Shown: positions 43,221 through 54,229, counted from the first letter of the stretch. The stretch is DNA of 64,000 bases from an uncultured Methanomicrobiaceae archaeon (GCA_963826525.1 CAWGXH010000004.1:1793427-1857426); one strand, 5' to 3'. A program made the numbers and translations. Notes: generated by a model not told the origin, from the sequence alone.

Positions 43221-45859
43221 ATGGGCAGTGTTACGACAGCAGCAATGGAGGCGAGCGACGATGCAGTCCTCGCACTCCTGGACGAAAATGTCAGAGAGTG
43301 GTGCATACGAAAATTCGGCGGGCGGGAGACTATGTTTACACCCCCGCAGCGGATGGCGGTCCCCCTCATCCATGAGGGGAAGAACGTCCTGATCTGCTCG
43401 CCGACGGGCTCCGGAAAAACCCTCTCGTCGTTTCTCCCGATCATCGACGGGCTGACCGCCCTCTCCCGGACGGAAGGGCTTGCCGACAGTGTCTACTGCC
43501 TCTATATTTCTCCCCTTAAGTCTCTTGCAAACGATATCCAGAAGAACCTTGCCGAGCCCCTTGCCGGCGTCCGGGAGATTCTGGAGGAGCGCGGCATAAC
43601 CGCCACGCCGATCCGCCACGCCATCCGGCACGGCGACGTCTCGCGGGCGGATAAGGCGAAGATGAGCAGGAAGGCTCCCCACATTCTCAACGTCACCCCG
43701 GAGACGCTCGCCATCCTCTTGAACTCCCCGCGCTTTCGCGAGAAGCTTCAAGACCGTGCGCTGGGTCGTCGTCGACGAGATCCACTCGCTCGCCGGTTCG
43801 AAGCGGGGCGTTCACCTCTCGGTCAGCCTCGAGCGGCTCGAAGAGCTCATCGGAAGACCGGACGGCGGGTTCGTGCGGATCGGGTGCTCCGCGACGATCG
43901 AACCGCTCGACGAGATTGCCCGTTTCCTCGCAGGGGCTGACCGGGACGTGACAATCGTCGATACCCGGTTCGCCCGGGAGTTCGACCTGCAGCTCGTCTG
44001 TCCGGTCCCGGACCTCATCGAGGCGTCTCCCGAGGAGGTGAACTTCCGCCTCTACGATATCGTCCACCGGATGGTGCAGGAGCATCGGAATACGCTCATC
44101 TTCACGAATACCCGGAACGGCGCCGAGCGGGTTCTCCACAATCTGCGGGTGCGGTATCCGGGCTACTACACCGACGAGAATACCGGGTGCCACCATGGAT
44201 CGATGGGGACGGAAGGGCGGCTTGCCATCGAGGATAAGCTCAAGTCCGGGGAGCTGAAGGTGGCCACCTCCTCGACCTCGCTCGAGCTCGGGATCGATAT
44301 GCCCTACATCGACCTCGTCCTCCAGGTAGGCTCCCCGAAGTCGGTCGCCGCACTCCTCCAGCGTATCGGCAGGGCGGGCCACCGGCTCGGCGAGGTCGTG
44401 AAGGGGAGGATCCTCGTCCTCGACCGTGACGAGCTCGTGGAGTGCGCGGTGATGCTCCGCGAGGGAAGGGGCGGTTTTGTCGACCGGATCCATATCCCGG
44501 AGAACTGCCTCGACGTCCTCACCCAGCACGTCTTCGGGATGGCGCTCGACGGCGGGCAGAACCTCGACACCGCGCTTGCCGTCGTCCGGCGCTCCCACTG
44601 CTACCGCACCCTCGGCGAAGAGGAGTTCATGAGCGTCATCCGCTACCTCTCCGGGGACTACGCAGGGTTCGAGGAGCGGAAGATCTACGCCAAGATCTGG
44701 TACGAGGCGGAGAGCCGGACGTTCGGCAAGCGCGGGCGGAACGCCCGGATGATCTACTTCTTAAACTCGGGGACGATCCCGGACGAGTTCTCCTGCGACG
44801 TCCTCACCCGGGACCAGGTCCGGGTCGGCACCCTCGACGAGAAGTACCTGGAGCGGATGAACAAGGGCGACGTCTTCACCCTCGGCGGGCAGCGCTACAA
44901 GTTCGTCTACCGGCGCGGCGGGAAGCTCTACGTCGACCCGACGGGCGACCGGCCCACGATTCCGAGCTGGTTCTCGGAGAAGCTCCCCCTCTCCTTCGAC
45001 CTCGGCGGCCACGTCCTCCTCTTCAAAGAGCGGATGATCGGGCGGATGGCCGAGATGGTGCGGGAGGAGCTCGTCGAGCACCTGCTCTGCAACTATCCGA
45101 TCGACGAGAACAGCGCCCGGAGCATCTGCGAGATCTTCGAGCACCAGGCCGGGTATCTCGGAACCGACGCGATCCCGACGCCGGTGCGGATCGTCGTCGA
45201 GGAGCAGGCGGATGAGACGAACCAGCGCCGCCTCTACTATGTGATGACCAACTACGGCCTCCGGTTCAACGACGGTTTCTCCCGGATCGTCGCCTACCTC
45301 ATCTCGCAGGAGGTGACGACCAACGTCTCGGTCGGGATCAGCGATACGGGGTTTGCCGTCTCGATCCCGCTCGAGAAGACGGTCGATCTGCCCGCCCTGC
45401 TCACCCGGCTGCGGCCCGAGGACTGCGAGGCTATCCTCGAGGTCGCGATCGAGAACACCCAGCTCCTGAAACGTCTCTTCCGGATCAACGCATCCCGCTC
45501 CTATATGATCCTCAGGAACTACATGGGACGGCGGAGGAGCGCCCGCCGGCAGCAGGTGAGCGCCGATATGCTGATCTCGTTCGCAAGCAGCCTTCCGGAC
45601 TTCGCGGTGATGAAGGAGACCTACCGGGAGATCATCGAGGATAAGTTCGAGGTGGCGAATATCAAACGGATCGTCGCCGTCAGTCCGGGACGGCGAGATC
45701 GACGTTCTGCAGACGGCCGCTCCCTCGCCGAGCCCGATGGCCTTCGGGATAGCGACGCTCGGTGTCAGCGACGCCGTCTACGTCAAGGACAAACTCTCGC
45801 TCCTGCGGGAGTTCCAGCGCCGGGTGATCAACAGTATCGCGGGGGAGATGGCGGCGTGA
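43221..45859 (+). CDS. lhr: Lhr-family ATP-dependent SF2 helicase (apparent frameshifts near 43750 and 45680)
   Basis: [55 protein letters not shown]. Confidence 0.9.
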
Positions 45860-46572
45860 ATCTCGCGATGGAGGCGGAACTCCTCGAGCGGTTCGACTTC
45901 TTCTCCGGCGCCCTCTATATCCGCGAGAAGAAACTCTGCGTCGTCTCCGACATCCATATCGGCCTTGAAGAGACGCTCTATGCACAGGGGCTGCACTTCC
46001 CGCTCCGCGAGGGGGCGACCCTGCTCGACCGGTTCGAGGCGATCCTCGAGCGATTCAGCCCGCAGACGTTCGTCCTCGACGGCGATATCTTCCACTCCTT
46101 CGACCGCATCGCCCGGAGCGTGCAGAAGAAGTTCGCGACCATCGTCGAGCGGCTCCGGGCGGAGTGCGAGGTCGTCTTCGTCCGGGGGTCGCACGATACC
46201 ATGCTCCCGTCGGTGATGGCAGGGAGCGTCGAGCGCTACGATGCCGGGGAGTATACGGTGATCCACGGCGACCAGACGTTCCCCGACCACGGGTTTTTGG
46301 TGATGGGGCACGACCACCCGGTGATCGAGATCGAGCTGCAGCGGTTCCCCTGTTTCCTCTACGGGCAGGGCGTCGTGAACGGGAAGGACCTTATCATGAT
46401 GCCCGCGTTCAACCCGCTCTCCCCGGGCGTCATCATCAACTACGCGAAGGGCCGCGACTTCCTCTCGCCCCTCCTCCGCCGGGTGGATGCGGGGAGGCTC
46501 CAGCCGGTGGTGGAGGTCGACCGCGAGGTCGTGGTCTTCCCGCCGCTCGCCGAGATGCGCCGGCTGATGTGA
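45856..46572 (+). CDS. Calcineurin-like metallophosphoesterase (Lhr-associated MPE-like)
   Basis: SDIHIG, DGD, RGSHD, HGD, GHDHP, MPAFNP. Overlaps the lhr stop (GTGA); the 938-aa fused ORF in the track results from the indel. Confidence 0.85.
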   Translation: MNLAMEAELLERFDFFSGALYIREKKLCVVSDIHIGLEETLYAQGLHFPLREGATLLDRFEAILERFSPQTFVLDGDIFHSFDRIARSVQKKFATIVERLRAECEVVFVRGSHDTMLPSVMAGSVERYDAGEYTVIHGDQTFPDHGFLVMGHDHPVIEIELQRFPCFLYGQGVVNGKDLIMMPAFNPLSPGVIINYAKGRDFLSPLLRRVDAGRLQPVVEVDREVVVFPPLAEMRRLM

Positions 46573-46616
46573 GGGTGTTGGCTGCTCTCGCTGGAAGGGA
46601 AACGCGGTACTGGTCA

Positions 46617-46904
46617 AGCAACGCTTATATATCCGAAATCCGGTGAGAATCCTGCCGAATTTCGACCCTCACAGAAGCCCTCAGACGGACGATCTCGGGG
46701 CGAGCCATACTCTCCATCCTGTGAAAATTACTGTGGCTCATATCGCCGATATAGGCCTCTGTATCCTGCCGTTTTTCGGGAATCGGAACGATATACTCCG
46801 GTGAATTTTTCGAGAGGGATCCGGCCTCCGGAACTCCCGGTAAAACCGGGGAACGGACGCCGATATGCCATTTGTTTGGGACGGGAAGAGGGCAGGCTCC
46901 CCTC
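46617..46904. repeat. Dispersed ~290-bp non-coding element, copy B
   Basis: AGCAACGCTTATAT (46617), CTCACAGAAGCCCTCAGACGG (46668), AAAATTACT (46724), TTTCGGG (46774): same spacing as copies A and C. Confidence 0.85.
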
Positions 46905-47244
46905 GGCAGCGGGCTTCCGGGTTAGTATGTTCCCACTGTCGAGCTGCTCCTTCCGGTGAGCGGCAATATCTGCATTCTGTGCCCTATTTTGGGGAGAACG
47001 CTGTTATACTACGTGTATTCCCGAATTCATCGGTCTGACGAGCGGTCAACCGTGGCAATGTATTTATACCGTGAGAATCTTTTTCCACTGTAGGAACGGG
47101 GTTGTGACGTATGCCGGTGCAGAGAGCGGGCAGGAGGGAAAAGTGATGAGGAAAATGGAGTTATTAGCCGGGCTCTCAGTCATTGCGCTGGGAATCATCA
47201 TCGCCGGCGTCGGGCTGCCCTATCTGCACCAGACAGCACCGGGG

Positions 47245-47327
47245 GGAACCTGCGGCAGCCGAAGAAAATTATTCGGTACTATATGAGTGAAATTGCATGA
47301 CCGGAAAAGATACGATCTTGCAGAAGA
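47245..47327 (+). repeat. ~83-bp direct repeat (promoter + RBS + first 10 codons), copy 1
   Basis: GGAACCTGCGGCAGCCGAAGAAAATTATTCG...TGCATGACCGGAAAAGATACGATCTT.CAGAAGA also at 49165-49246. Confidence 0.9.
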
Positions 47328-48199
47328 CGAGAGCGCCTGCGGCAGTGACCGGTTCGATACCGGCATATTTTTTCATTCTCTGTTTCCTGCTTCCAATCTT
47401 CGCCGCTTCGGCAGGCTGCGCATCGCAGACCTCATCGGCAGACCTTTCGCCGAACGGCACGCTTCACAACGATTTTCACGAGTATGGAGATCGCAATGCC
47501 TCTCTAGGAATTGAGGTCGCTAAAGAGAACGTCAGGATATTCATCGAAGATCCTGGTGCACAGGTAGCGCTGAAAGGCAACAGGAGTTCACCTGTCGGAG
47601 AAATGTATGAACTGCGCACCCGCGACGGCGTATTCTATGTGAATATGCAGATCGGGACTGTGGAGTCTTTCCAGCGTACCGGAATGAATACAAATGCATC
47701 TGCGGCTTCATTAAGCCTCGATCAGGCGGAACTGGTTGCACGGGGTTTTGCGGAGAAAAAATATGCAGATTTTGACCGGATGTCGATGAAACTGGTTGAA
47801 TCAAAGGAATTGGATCACGGAGATGCCGGAAAAGAGCATTCATTCGTCTGGAGAGAAGAGATCAACGGCGTCCTGACGCCGAACAGAGTTGCCGTCAGCA
47901 TTGACCCGGCGAGCGGCGCCGTCACCTCCTACATCGGAATCCGGCGCGAGATCCAATGCCCGCTTGAACCGGCGGTCACCCGGGATGAAGCGCTGAAGAT
48001 CACGGCCGGGCAGTTCCCGGGTATTCAGGTGACCGACGCCACGGCAGATCTCTCCGTCGAATACACGCAACCAGACGTGCAGACGCTGACATGGGTGGTG
48101 ACGATGATGGGCGAGCCCAAGGAGTACGTCCTCCAGGGAGGGCTGGTCGTCATCGACGCACAGACCGGAGATGTACTGATGGTGAGCCCATACCTCTAA
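47297..48199 (+). CDS. Putative lipoprotein with C-terminal PepSY-like domain
   Basis: Hydrophobic stretch ending SAGC; repeated V..D..(T/S)G.V hairpin motifs; C-terminal VTRDEALKI...WVV...VVIDAQTGDVL. Confidence 0.7.
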   Translation: MTGKDTILQKTRAPAAVTGSIPAYFFILCFLLPIFAASAGCASQTSSADLSPNGTLHNDFHEYGDRNASLGIEVAKENVRIFIEDPGAQVALKGNRSSPVGEMYELRTRDGVFYVNMQIGTVESFQRTGMNTNASAASLSLDQAELVARGFAEKKYADFDRMSMKLVESKELDHGDAGKEHSFVWREEINGVLTPNRVAVSIDPASGAVTSYIGIRREIQCPLEPAVTRDEALKITAGQFPGIQVTDATADLSVEYTQPDVQTLTWVVTMMGEPKEYVLQGGLVVIDAQTGDVLMVSPYL

Positions 48200-48221
48200 A
48201 TCGCCGTTCTTCGCACGTGAT

Positions 48222-49099
48222 ATGATGACTGCAAAAAGATGGATACTCTGCGTTTGTCTCGGCGCCTTCCTCGCTGTCCTCATCGGATTCGCTGTAATCG
48301 TCGCCTCTCCCCAGGTACAGCATGATATCCTGTATAAGAAGCAGGTGCCGGAACCGCTCAAGACGGTGGACTGGCTGGAGGCGACCGCGCCGGGGCTCGC
48401 GTACTGCGACCCTTCCGAAAGTCTGGTTATTGTGTATGATAGGAAAAACGATTCCTGGCTGCTACAGAATGACACCGCCTGGAACCGGTCAATCGATATC
48501 GCGGAGTGGTGGTGGTACCGGCCAATCTGCAACAACGCCGACTCGTCGAGCCCGGAGGATACCCGTTATACCCCCGATATCGCGATCGATGGCGATATGA
48601 TCGGTATCGACTTTCTGATCGGAAATTTTGCAAGGGAAGACTGTGCCAACGCCAACTTCACCCTAGCGACTGCGGTCGAGCGCCTGAACACCACCACGTG
48701 GATCCGGGAGGAGGATTTACCCCCGGTTCCCCGACCGAGGTGCCGGTCGTCGATCTTGCTGATGGGGATTGGCGCAATCTGCGGGTGACGGCGGGCCTTC
48801 CGAAGCCGGAACCGGAGGAGGTCATTCACCTGACGGTCACCCTGACCACGCCGTTCACGTTCACGACCCCGAACGGTACGTCGCTCACCTACGATCCCCG
48901 CCGGGTGACCGCCACCATGATGGGTACCAACTCCTTCTGGCACGAGGATCTCGACCCCGGCTATCCTCCGGACCCCGACTATTATAATAGGACACCCCGT
49001 TCCCGAGGATGTGCAACGTTTATCGTGAAAGGCACGGACGCACCGCCAGCACCGCTGGAACCGCGAACGCAGGAGCTGCCGACGTTGACTGCGAGGTAA
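48222..49099 (+). CDS. Hypothetical membrane-anchored protein (apparent frameshift near 48735)
   Basis: N-terminal TM in ORF 48222-48788; continues in the 48506-49099 frame (EVPVVDLADGDW...). Confidence 0.6.
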
Positions 49100-49164
49100 T
49101 TCCGGAACGGATCGAAACCTCCGTTTCACCGGCAGGGAAAAATCCGATACCGGCTGCGGCGGGA

Positions 49165-49246
49165 GGAACCTGCGGCAGCCGAAGAAAATTATTCGTAACG
49201 TGTGGGTGATAGTGCATGACCGGAAAAGATACGATCTTACAGAAGA
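49165..49246 (+). repeat. ~83-bp direct repeat, copy 2
   Basis: Two near-identical blocks (31 bp and ~33 bp) shared with 47245-47327. Confidence 0.9.
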
Positions 49247-50269
49247 GGCATGAGATCTCCCTTTTTGTCACATCTATTTTCATAGGGATACTCATTCTTT
49301 CGTCGATTCTCCTATTCAACCAGATTATTGTATACAGATATTTCGAATTCACCTGTGGAACCCTCTGGCTGATAATTACAACCGGAATGTATGTTTCCCT
49401 CAGTCTCGGGATTGGTACTAACCGGTTTTATCACGGCACGGGTGTTTGCAGGGACAGTGCAATCGCGAAGGAGTCTGATGATTGTTAGCGGGAGTGTCAG
49501 CGTTGTTGTCGTGTCGCTCTTCTCGCTCTTCTCGCAGCTTTCTTCTTCAGTATACGGGCAGATACAATTCGTTGCGCCATCCGCCCGGATATTGACGACA
49601 ATCAATTATATTTTCATTCAGCACCCTCGTCTGATTCCAGTCACCGTGATAATGATACTCCTGATGATCGGGGTCATTGCATGTTTCGGAATAGCAGGTG
49701 CATTACTCGCATCGTATCTTATTCGGTCACCCCCGGACACGGAACCGAAAGTCAACGGATCGGGTTCCGTAAGAGGGTCGGTTTCAAGGAAGGCCTGTCT
49801 GTCTTTGTAATCGTCATTCTCGCATGTATGGTTCTTCCATCGGGGGGCAGCGTTATACTGGTAATGTCCGGCGTGAGTGCCGGTACGTGTATGACTGATC
49901 TCAGTGATACTTCAAGATCTTCATTCCGTTGATACGAATCGTATCAATGATACTTCGCTATCTCTTGTCGTGATCGCCCATTTCGGCGGTTGTGAATCCG
50001 CGAAATGGACGGCCCGGTTATATCCATCACGCATGCCGATGCAGATCCGGCTGGATGGTAAGGATCTTTCAACCCAGTCCGTAATTCACCGGCAGGGGTT
50101 GCAGGATGTCATCACTCCTGCGGAAGGAATTACCCGGTATGGAAACGGAACCTCGGTTACCATAAGCGGGCCGGATGTTTATCGGAATGGGTCGACAGGA
50201 CAGCATCTGGTCGTTACCAGTTACTATGATGCAGATTTTCCCACGGTTATCGCAGATACCTATGTGTAA
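49216..50269 (+). CDS. Hypothetical multi-TM protein with soluble C-terminal domain (several apparent frameshifts)
   Basis: Overlapping hydrophobic ORFs 49216-49488, 49391-49810, 49681-49932, 49904-50269 on one strand; lower GC. Confidence 0.55.
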
Positions 50270-50427
50270 TTCCCATTTGGTTCGCGATATGATCGATCAC
50301 TCTTTTTGCAGCCGTATCCGAAAGAGCCGCGCTCATCCGGGGCGGCCGTAGAGACGGCAGCCCACCCCTCCACGATCCCCGCCGCTCATTTTATATCCCC
50401 GCACCCCGATACCCCCGACCGATAGCC

Positions 50428-51567
50428 ATGCGGCACAGGACTCTTGTCATTCTGCTGACGATAGCGATCTTCATCGTGCTGGCGGCCTTCATCTACACCT
50501 CGTTGCCGACCGCGACGGCTACCACCCTGCCGCTCGATACGATCACGCTCCCGCCGGGATTTTCGATCTCGGTCTACGCAGAGAACGTCACCGGCGCCCG
50601 GTCGATGACGCTCTCTCCCGAAGGAACGCTCTACGTCGGGAGCCGGGCGCCGGGAGCGGTCTACGCCATCCCGGACCGCAATGGCGACGGCCGCGGTGAC
50701 GAGGTGATCGTCGTCGCGAGCGGATTAAACTCCCCGAACGGCGTGGCGTTCCGGAACGGCTCGCTCTACGTCGCCGAGATCAGCCGGATTCTCCGCTACG
50801 ACGATATCGAAGCCCGCCTCGACGATCCGCCCGAGCCCGTCGTGGTGAGCGATGCGTTCCCGGACGATCCCCTCCACGGCTGGAAGTTCATCGCCTTCGG
50901 CCCCGACGGCAAACTCTACGTCCCCGTCGGCGCTCCCTGCAATGTCTGCGAGCCCGACGACGAGCGGTTCGCGACGATCATGCGGATGAACCCGGACGGA
51001 TCGGACCTCGAGATCTTCGCACGCGGGATCCGCAATACGGTGGGGTTCGACTGGGACCCGGAGACGGGCGTTTTGTGGTTCACCGATAACGGCCGCGACT
51101 GGCTCGGCGAGGATACCCCGCCGGACGAGCTGAACCGGGCGCCGGTGGCAGGACTGGACTTCGGGTTCCCCTACTGCCATGCCGGTTCCATTCCTGACCC
51201 CGAGTTCGGCGAAGGGCATCCGTGCAGCGAGTTCACGCCGCCGGTGCAGGATCTCGGGCCGCACGTCGCGGCGCTCGGGATGCGGTTTTATACCGGCGAT
51301 ATGTTCCCGGAGGAGTACACAAACCAGATATTCATCGCGGAGCACGGCTCCTGGAACCGCGCCGTTCCGATCGGCTACCGGGTAACCCTCGTGCGGCTCG
51401 ACGAGAACAGGACGCCCGTCGGCTACGAGGTCTTCGCGGACGGGTGGCTCCAGGGACGGGAGGCGTGGGGGCGCCCGGTGGACGTCCAGGTGATGCCGGA
51501 CGGTGCGCTGCTGGTCTCGGACGACACCGCGAACGCCGTCTACCGGATCGGGTATACCGGCCGGTAG
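50428..51567 (+). CDS. PQQ-dependent glucose/sorbosone dehydrogenase family beta-propeller
   Basis: Signal anchor; LPPGF, PNG.AF, FGPDGKLY.PVG, GIRN.VGFDW, PPDELN, HGSWNR, GRPVDV, LLVSDD. Confidence 0.85.
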   Translation: MRHRTLVILLTIAIFIVLAAFIYTSLPTATATTLPLDTITLPPGFSISVYAENVTGARSMTLSPEGTLYVGSRAPGAVYAIPDRNGDGRGDEVIVVASGLNSPNGVAFRNGSLYVAEISRILRYDDIEARLDDPPEPVVVSDAFPDDPLHGWKFIAFGPDGKLYVPVGAPCNVCEPDDERFATIMRMNPDGSDLEIFARGIRNTVGFDWDPETGVLWFTDNGRDWLGEDTPPDELNRAPVAGLDFGFPYCHAGSIPDPEFGEGHPCSEFTPPVQDLGPHVAALGMRFYTGDMFPEEYTNQIFIAEHGSWNRAVPIGYRVTLVRLDENRTPVGYEVFADGWLQGREAWGRPVDVQVMPDGALLVSDDTANAVYRIGYTGR

Positions 51568-51577
51568 GCGCCGCCGC

Positions 51578-52174
51578 TCACTTCCCTTTCCGGGCGACTC
51601 TCCCGAGGTGGAACGGTCCGGGGCGCGGCTGCATCATGGGGAACGTGCCTTCCGCCGCGTGCCGGACGTCCTCGATGGCGTAGAACGCCTTCGGGTTGTA
51701 CTGGTGGATGGCGTCGAGGACGTACTGGAGGTTCTTTCTCTTGATGACGGTGAAGATGATCTTTCCCGGACCCTGTTGCCCCTGTGCGTCGATGACCGTG
51801 ACCCCGTAGCCCGAGCCCCGGAGGTAGTCGATGAGGTTTGTTGCATCCCGCTGGCTGATGATCCGGACCAGCGTCAGGCCGACGGCAAGCCGCTCCTCGA
51901 CGACCATCCCGACGTAGTTCCCGGCGGCGAATCCTGCGGCGTAAGCGAAGTAGTTGATGGGGTTTGCCACGTTCTGAAAGATCTGGCCGATAGCGGTGAT
52001 CCAGATGAATACCTCGATGAATCCGAGGATCGGCGCGATGAGTTTCATGCCCCGCGAGATGAAGATGATCCGCATCGTCCCGAAGGTGACGTCGCAGATA
52101 CGGGCGAAGAAGATAGCTAGCGGGAGAATGATGAGCGAGAAGAATTCAGGGCCGGGCACCGGGATCGGTATCAT
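51578..52174 (-). CDS. DUF2179/DUF5698 (UPF0316) membrane protein
   Basis: [36 protein letters not shown]. Confidence 0.85.
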   Translation of the reverse strand: MIPIPVPGPEFFSLIILPLAIFFARICDVTFGTMRIIFISRGMKLIAPILGFIEVFIWITAIGQIFQNVANPINYFAYAAGFAAGNYVGMVVEERLAVGLTLVRIISQRDATNLIDYLRGSGYGVTVIDAQGQQGPGKIIFTVIKRKNLQYVLDAIHQYNPKAFYAIEDVRHAAEGTFPMMQPRPGPFHLGRVARKGK

Positions 52175-52322
52175 TGTTGATCAGCATTATCCACCCGTCC
52201 ATTTATTTTTATCTATGTGATAAATATATTACTCAGGATCAATAATTAATTTCCGGGTTTTTCTGGGTTTTTCCGGGATTCACGCCGGAAGCGCCCGCCG
52301 ATCTGTGGTGAAAAAGGGGTGA

Positions 52323-52634
52323 TCAGGATCGGGAAGCCATCTTCTCGATCTCTTCCTCGACCTCGCTCATTCCCTTCCGGTAGAACTCGCCCTCTTTGGG
52401 GTCGAGCTCCATGAGCAGGCGGTAGAACTCACCGGCGTGCACTTTCTCCTCGTCGGCGATGTCCTTTAAGACCTCTTTTGCGAGGGGGTCGTCGGTGGCG
52501 TCCGCGAGCTGCATGTAGAGCTGGATCGCCTCGAACTCTGCCGCCATGTTGTAGCGGATGGCGCGGATGAGTTCGTCCTTCGTCAGTTTGCGGTCAAGGC
52601 TGTTTCCGGCAAACGGTGTTGCAAATTCGGGCAT
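52323..52634 (-). CDS. Short ferritin-like / rubrerythrin-family protein
   Basis: AE.EA.QLY and IADEEKVHAGEF diiron ligand motifs. Confidence 0.85.
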   Translation of the reverse strand: MPEFATPFAGNSLDRKLTKDELIRAIRYNMAAEFEAIQLYMQLADATDDPLAKEVLKDIADEEKVHAGEFYRLLMELDPKEGEFYRKGMSEVEEEIEKMASRS

Positions 52635-52720
52635 ACGTGTTCCTCCATGTAGGTCTGCGGCCGGGAAAAGCCGCTCACGTTCCTGTTTGCCTGAAAGGGT
52701 TATAAGGGAGTGGTGCAGGC

Positions 52721-52905
52721 CTACGGGGCCGCGGAAAGAGCCGGTTCCGGCACTTCGGCGGTGTCGCGGTCCCTGGCCGCACCGGAGAGGAGCAGCGCAA
52801 GGATGCAGACCGCGACACCGCCGAGGAACGCCGCCTGGAATCCCGGGGCCGGTGCGGCGTCGGCATTCGGTGACTTTTCCAGAGCAGTCTGCTCGAAGAC
52901 GAAGG
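52721..52905 (-). pseudogene. Possible C-terminal relic of an MFS (DHA2-like) transporter
   Basis: Minus frame reads ...GFQAAFLGGVAVCILALLLSGAARD...* with no start codon, between the two ferritin-like genes. Confidence 0.4.
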
Positions 52906-52909
52906 CGGG

Positions 52910-53224
52910 TTACTTCCCGCCCTTCTTCAGTTCCTCGATCATCTCCTCGACTTCTCTGGTGCCGTGGTCGTAGTAGTCCATCTCCTCCGGCGCAAGTTCG
53001 CGGAGCAGCCGCAGGAACTCGCCGGCGTGCTCCTTCTCTTCGTTCGCAACGTCGACCATCACCTTCTTGACGAGGGCGTTCTCCGTCGAGTCGGCGATCT
53101 GCATGTAGAGCTGGACCGCCTCGTACTCGGCGGCGATTGAGAAGCGGACCGCCCGCAGGATCTCGCCGCGAGAGAGCTTGCGGTCAGGGTTGTTCCCCGC
53201 AAAGGGGTTGGCAAATTCTGGCAT
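52910..53224 (-). CDS. Short ferritin-like / rubrerythrin-family protein (paralog of 52323-52634)
   Basis: MPEFANPFAG...AAEYEAVQLY...VANEEKEHAGEF; aligns end to end with the neighbour. Confidence 0.85.
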   Translation of the reverse strand: MPEFANPFAGNNPDRKLSRGEILRAVRFSIAAEYEAVQLYMQIADSTENALVKKVMVDVANEEKEHAGEFLRLLRELAPEEMDYYDHGTREVEEMIEELKKGGK

Positions 53225-53355
53225 GAATCGATTACCTCCGAAAGCGATCGAACCGTATACTCCGGTTCGTATCGGTGCCGTTCACGACGGCGGGAGGCAA
53301 AAATGCTTCGGTGGCAGGTAGTTGGGTTGCACTACGGCCCGGCAGCATGCGGAGT

Positions 53356-53583
53356 TCAAGTATTTTCTTCGGATCGGCAGGTCTCCCTGTCGATGACCTG
53401 CACCTCGATGAACTCCTCGCGATCGATGCAGCCTTTCACATCCCGGTAGACCTCAATCGCCTCTGTGATGCGGGGCGGGAGTTCATCGCGGCTTTTTGCC
53501 TGCGTATGGCATCCCGGGAGCGATGGGACCGTCGCGGCGAAGGAACCGTCTTCGTCTTTCTCGATAAGTACGGTGCATTTCAT
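53356..53583 (-). CDS. HicB family antitoxin (no hicA seen)
   Basis: MKCTVLIEKDEDGSFAATVPSLPGCHTQAKSRDEL...EAI. Confidence 0.8.
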   Translation of the reverse strand: MKCTVLIEKDEDGSFAATVPSLPGCHTQAKSRDELPPRITEAIEVYRDVKGCIDREEFIEVQVIDRETCRSEENT

Positions 53584-53626
53584 TCCTTCCAGAGCCCCCT
53601 GTATGGAGTTATTCCGGTGGTTATTC

Positions 53627-53704
53627 CTATCCATTTGCGATCGGGTAGAGGCGACGGATTAAAAGCGGTACATTGACAGTGTCGCCTTTTAGAGTTCGCT
53701 CCAC
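53627..53704 (-). pseudogene. Truncated PemK/MazF toxin N-terminus
   Basis: GTG overlapping the antitoxin end reads MERTLKGDTVNVPLLI...* (compare the typical KGDxVxVPFP); stop after 25 codons. Confidence 0.5.
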
Positions 53705-53886
53705 GCTTCATCCTCCTCGGGTGCCAGCCAGTCTTTCCCGAGTGCGGACTCGCTCGCAATGGCGGTCTCCAGAGTGTCCTTTCTCCGCCTGGTTTTGAGG
53801 AACCGGATGAAGTCGAGGACCTCTTCACAAGCCTGTTCGGGCAGGCCGCTTTGTTCTGTGGTAATCTGCTCTTTCACCCGGTTCAT
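53689..53886 (-). CDS. DUF2281-like antitoxin
   Basis: LPE...EEVLDFIRFL...ASESAL.KDW..PEEDEAW. Confidence 0.75.
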   Translation of the reverse strand: MNRVKEQITTEQSGLPEQACEEVLDFIRFLKTRRRKDTLETAIASESALGKDWLAPEEDEAWSEL

Positions 53887-53956
53887 GTACATTCTCCGTA
53901 TCGTATTGCAGCCCCATCGCCCTCTCTCCTGTGGCACGAAAGAGAGATCCCGAGGG

Positions 53957-54229
53957 TCAGTATTTCCGGTATACGGTGCTCCTGTCTCCAACCTCGATAA
54001 CGAAGATGACCATGACGTCATCTTCAATGGCCACGATAACACGATACCGTCCCGCACGAAGGGAGTAGAGCGGGAGATCCCGGTGCCCCTTCAGTCTCTT
54101 GACCTGTGAACGCGGATACGGCTCGTCCGCGAGAGCATACAGCTCGTCTTTTATCTGCTGCTGCTCCGGCTTTGAAAGCTTCTTGAAATCCCGCTCCGCC
54201 CCTGGAGAGATGACGAGACGCCAGATCAT
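53957..54229 (-). CDS. RelE/ParE family toxin
   Basis: AERDFKKL, KRLKG, YSLRAGRYRVI, VGDRSTVY. Confidence 0.88.
   Translation of the reverse strand: MIWRLVISPGAERDFKKLSKPEQQQIKDELYALADEPYPRSQVKRLKGHRDLPLYSLRAGRYRVIVAIEDDVMVIFVIEVGDRSTVYRKY

Noticed and set aside
43756-46572. 938-aa Lhr-metallophosphoesterase fusion ORF
   Set aside because: Produced by an indel near 45680. The natural lhr frame ends at 45859 with a GTGA overlap into the MPE gene; adjacent Lhr and MPE genes are a known pairing.
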